Positions 49,783-52,372 of a DNA stretch of 52,372 nt are shown piece by piece. The notes under the pieces were generated by a model. That model did not search any database, had not been told where the DNA came from, and worked only from the letters and a program-made list of their open reading frames with translations. The stretch is from Atractiella rhizophila (Eukaryota), in NCBI GenBank assembly GCA_021432655.1, contig MU271261.1, positions 62,001-114,372 of the forward strand, written 5' to 3'. The position numbers were made by a program, and so were the translations under genes. The stretch's first letter is position 1. Each line of letters begins with the position of its first letter.

Positions 49783-52315
49783 TTACAAACTGGTACTATA
49801 TCTCCTTTCTTTGGTTTTCGAAGACCATTCCGATGGGACAGCGTTTTCATCATCCGTCTCAAAATCATCCAACGTGACGCCCCCTACCAGTTCTTTCACC
49901 CATTCCATCCCCTTTTTCCTCCTCTCCAAAGTTTCATTGCTCATGATGACGCTTTTCGGTCTTGATTTGATGGTGGCTGCATCGCTATCCTTTGAACTTT
50001 TCTTCACGCTAGGCTTCGTAATGTTAGCCTTTTGAGATTGGGAGGCCATCACGCTCTCGATTTTGATGACGTTCGTTCCCGCCTGCCCTAGAGGTGGACT
50101 CGTCGGTCGAATCCGTATAGTAGGTGCATCATCTTCTTCGTCCAGGTTCGCGGCAACGGAGGAAGGACGAGAGACAGGACCAGTTGAACGTTTCAGTTTG
50201 CCAGTTGGACTGGAGGGACGTGAGGAGGAGGATGGATTTTTGAGCTTTGTTGAAGAAGCAACGGAAGAGGGACTCGAGGGACGGGATTTGGTCTCTGTTG
50301 TGGCAGACTTGGCAGACTTACGAGCCTTCAAGGCTGAAGTGGATTTGATGCTGGATACGAACCCTTCCTCTTGGCGCATTTTACTAAAGAGGATTAGTTC
50401 TATCGCTCTTGACAGCTGACTATAGAGAATGCACCTGTTTAGTTTGGGTAATGCATAGTTGATGGTGGTTCTAGCTCGCCGTGATTCCCTGAGAGGCGGT
50501 TGTGACTCCTGCAATGCCGTTTGTGCTTGGCCTGAAGACATAGTTTAAGTAATGAGACAATGAGGAAGGGAACATGTACCTTCTTCATTCACGACCTCCA
50601 TTTCTTGGATTTGTTTCCTACTCCTTAGACTAGGATTTTTCACAATGCCCTCATCCACATTGCTCCTGTCTGAAAGGGTATCCTTATCTTCCACCTTGAT
50701 TTTTCTTCCCTTTCTCTTCGGGGTCGTATAATCACCGTCATCGGAATCGAGGTCCAGACCAGTTTGCAACTCGACTGACCTCCGCTTTTGCTTCCTGGCA
50801 GATTTGACCAAGGACTTCCTCACGAGTTCCACGTCACTATCAACCTCATCATTCTCAGACGTTTCCGAATCCGATATCTCGTCCGCTTTCTCGCTAGCGC
50901 TCTCTAGATCGCTCAGTTCGCTGCTCTCCTCGCTTTCTGGTAATTTCACGAGGCGAGGGTCCATCCTTCTGTCTTTCTGCCTCTCTTTCTCCGTGATCGG
51001 GGCAGAGACAACTCTCTTGCCTTCCTCCCCATTCCGTCCTCCTCTCATCGTGACGTTCGAAGGCAGGCAACTTGTGATTGTTGCGTTTGACTTTACTGAC
51101 GGGGTGGCGGTGCGAGAAGTGAGGGTATCAGAGACGGAGGACCGACGAGGACGGACCGTCTTGGAGGTTGTTGTCAGCTTCTCCTGAGGCTGAGATACTT
51201 CTTCTTTATCTAAGATGCCGGGACTAAAGATGCCACTGAGTGAAGCTGGAGCATCTTCCAACATCTTCATCGGTGCAACATTGAACAGAGCGGACTGACG
51301 ACGCGTAGATCCTCTACGCGATACACTGTCAGAAGAGATAGAAGAGGTGGACGCTGCTCTCGGACGAGTGATGGGAGCTGAGGGAGGAGAAACCGGTCTA
51401 GTTGTCGGTGGAGGGGAAGGACTAGTAGAGATGGATCGGCGCGATGGTGTGGGTGATATTTGGAAAACAGGCGAAGGCTTGGTACTTTGATGCACATGAG
51501 CGATTTCCAAACATGGACAGGAGGAAGTAGAACGCACGTCATCACTACAGACTCCCGCTCATCTGCTCCCTCTGCGCTGAAGCTCCTCTCTGTGATGGAG
51601 CCCAAACCCGGTAAGACGCTTGCTCTCCGAACATTAGGGCCAAGAGAAGGTCGCGATAGGACGCGCGAGCGTGGTTGGGTCTCGGTAAGAGGCATTGGGA
51701 CAGTGGAAAAAGATTCTTCAAGTACGTCTAGCAGTGCTCCCGTTTCCTGAGGCGTGCTGATAGTTGCGGCGCGTGGACGCACTTTCAGTTCGGGTGTAGG
51801 AATGGAAGAAGCCAGGGAAGAGAGTTGGGAAATGATGCCATGAAGAGACGACTGAAGCGCCTGGATCGAGCCCAACATTACCTCTCTAATCTCCAGTTCA
51901 AGGACAAGCAGACACGTACCTCCAGCGTCTTTCCACCTTCCACCTCATTCCTCTCCCTCTCCCTCCTCAAAGCCTCCGCCAACGCGGCCACTTTGACCTC
52001 TAGTCTAAAATTTTCCCTCTTCAATCTGCCATTCGAGTCCCACAAATCTTCAATCTCCTTGATGAGTTCTGCTTTCTGGACCGTCAGCTGAGTGTTCTCC
52101 TTCAGCAACTCTGAATTTTTGTGAATGATGTTTCGATTTTGGGCGAGATGCTTCTTCTTAACTGTAGTCCAATAAAATAAGTACCAGTGGCTTCGACACG
52201 GGGAGGATTGAAGTGAGAGGAAGGAATTCGCACAGATTTCCATCGTCTCCAAAAGCTGTTGTTGTCCCGACGCGCCGCCGTTCGCGAGCGCCGACAGTCG
52301 TCGAGTGGTCGTCAT
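49783..52315 (-). CDS. SGO1: Shugoshin
   Basis: N-terminal coiled coil FKKKHLAQNRNIIHKNS..EN.RL and the SGO basic motif RRARTTINYALPKLN.KMR. Confidence 0.85.
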
Positions 52316-52372
52316 ATCCTCGTCCCCTTTACCTTTCCTTGCGTACCTTCAGGGCAGCCTTGAGACGCCAAA

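Overview
A eukaryotic, intron-rich fungal window with typical introns of about 45-70 nt, many micro-exons and some GC-AG introns. The gene families point to a basidiomycete, but the lineage is an inference. I reconstructed about 22 spliced genes by hand. Recognisable genes: an AKR7-like aldo-keto reductase, a GH128 glucanase, a DUF1996 protein, ELP5, NCA2, VPS72, DSC3, MSS51, a TAP-like alpha/beta hydrolase, histone H3, GPI2, an SCJ1-like DnaJ, RRS1, an arrestin-fold protein and shugoshin. Unknown genes are also present. The 18.7-28.9 kb segment holds two separate tandem duplications and a 25-N gap. The most notable items are: (i) a paralog pair of a ~118-aa, six-exon orphan gene with a C2HC-like motif and conserved promoter footprints, largely hidden in the ORF track; (ii) a coiled-coil protein with a degenerate cyclophilin fold; (iii) a YlxR/RnpM-like protein with a predicted mitochondrial leader whose start codon is 71 bp from that of MSS51; (iv) a GH128 gene whose signal peptide carries a T26 tract and a 33-nt stop-containing insertion. 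Exon boundaries and family calls come from manual reading and motif recall, not from searches. Some frameshifts may be sequencing errors.
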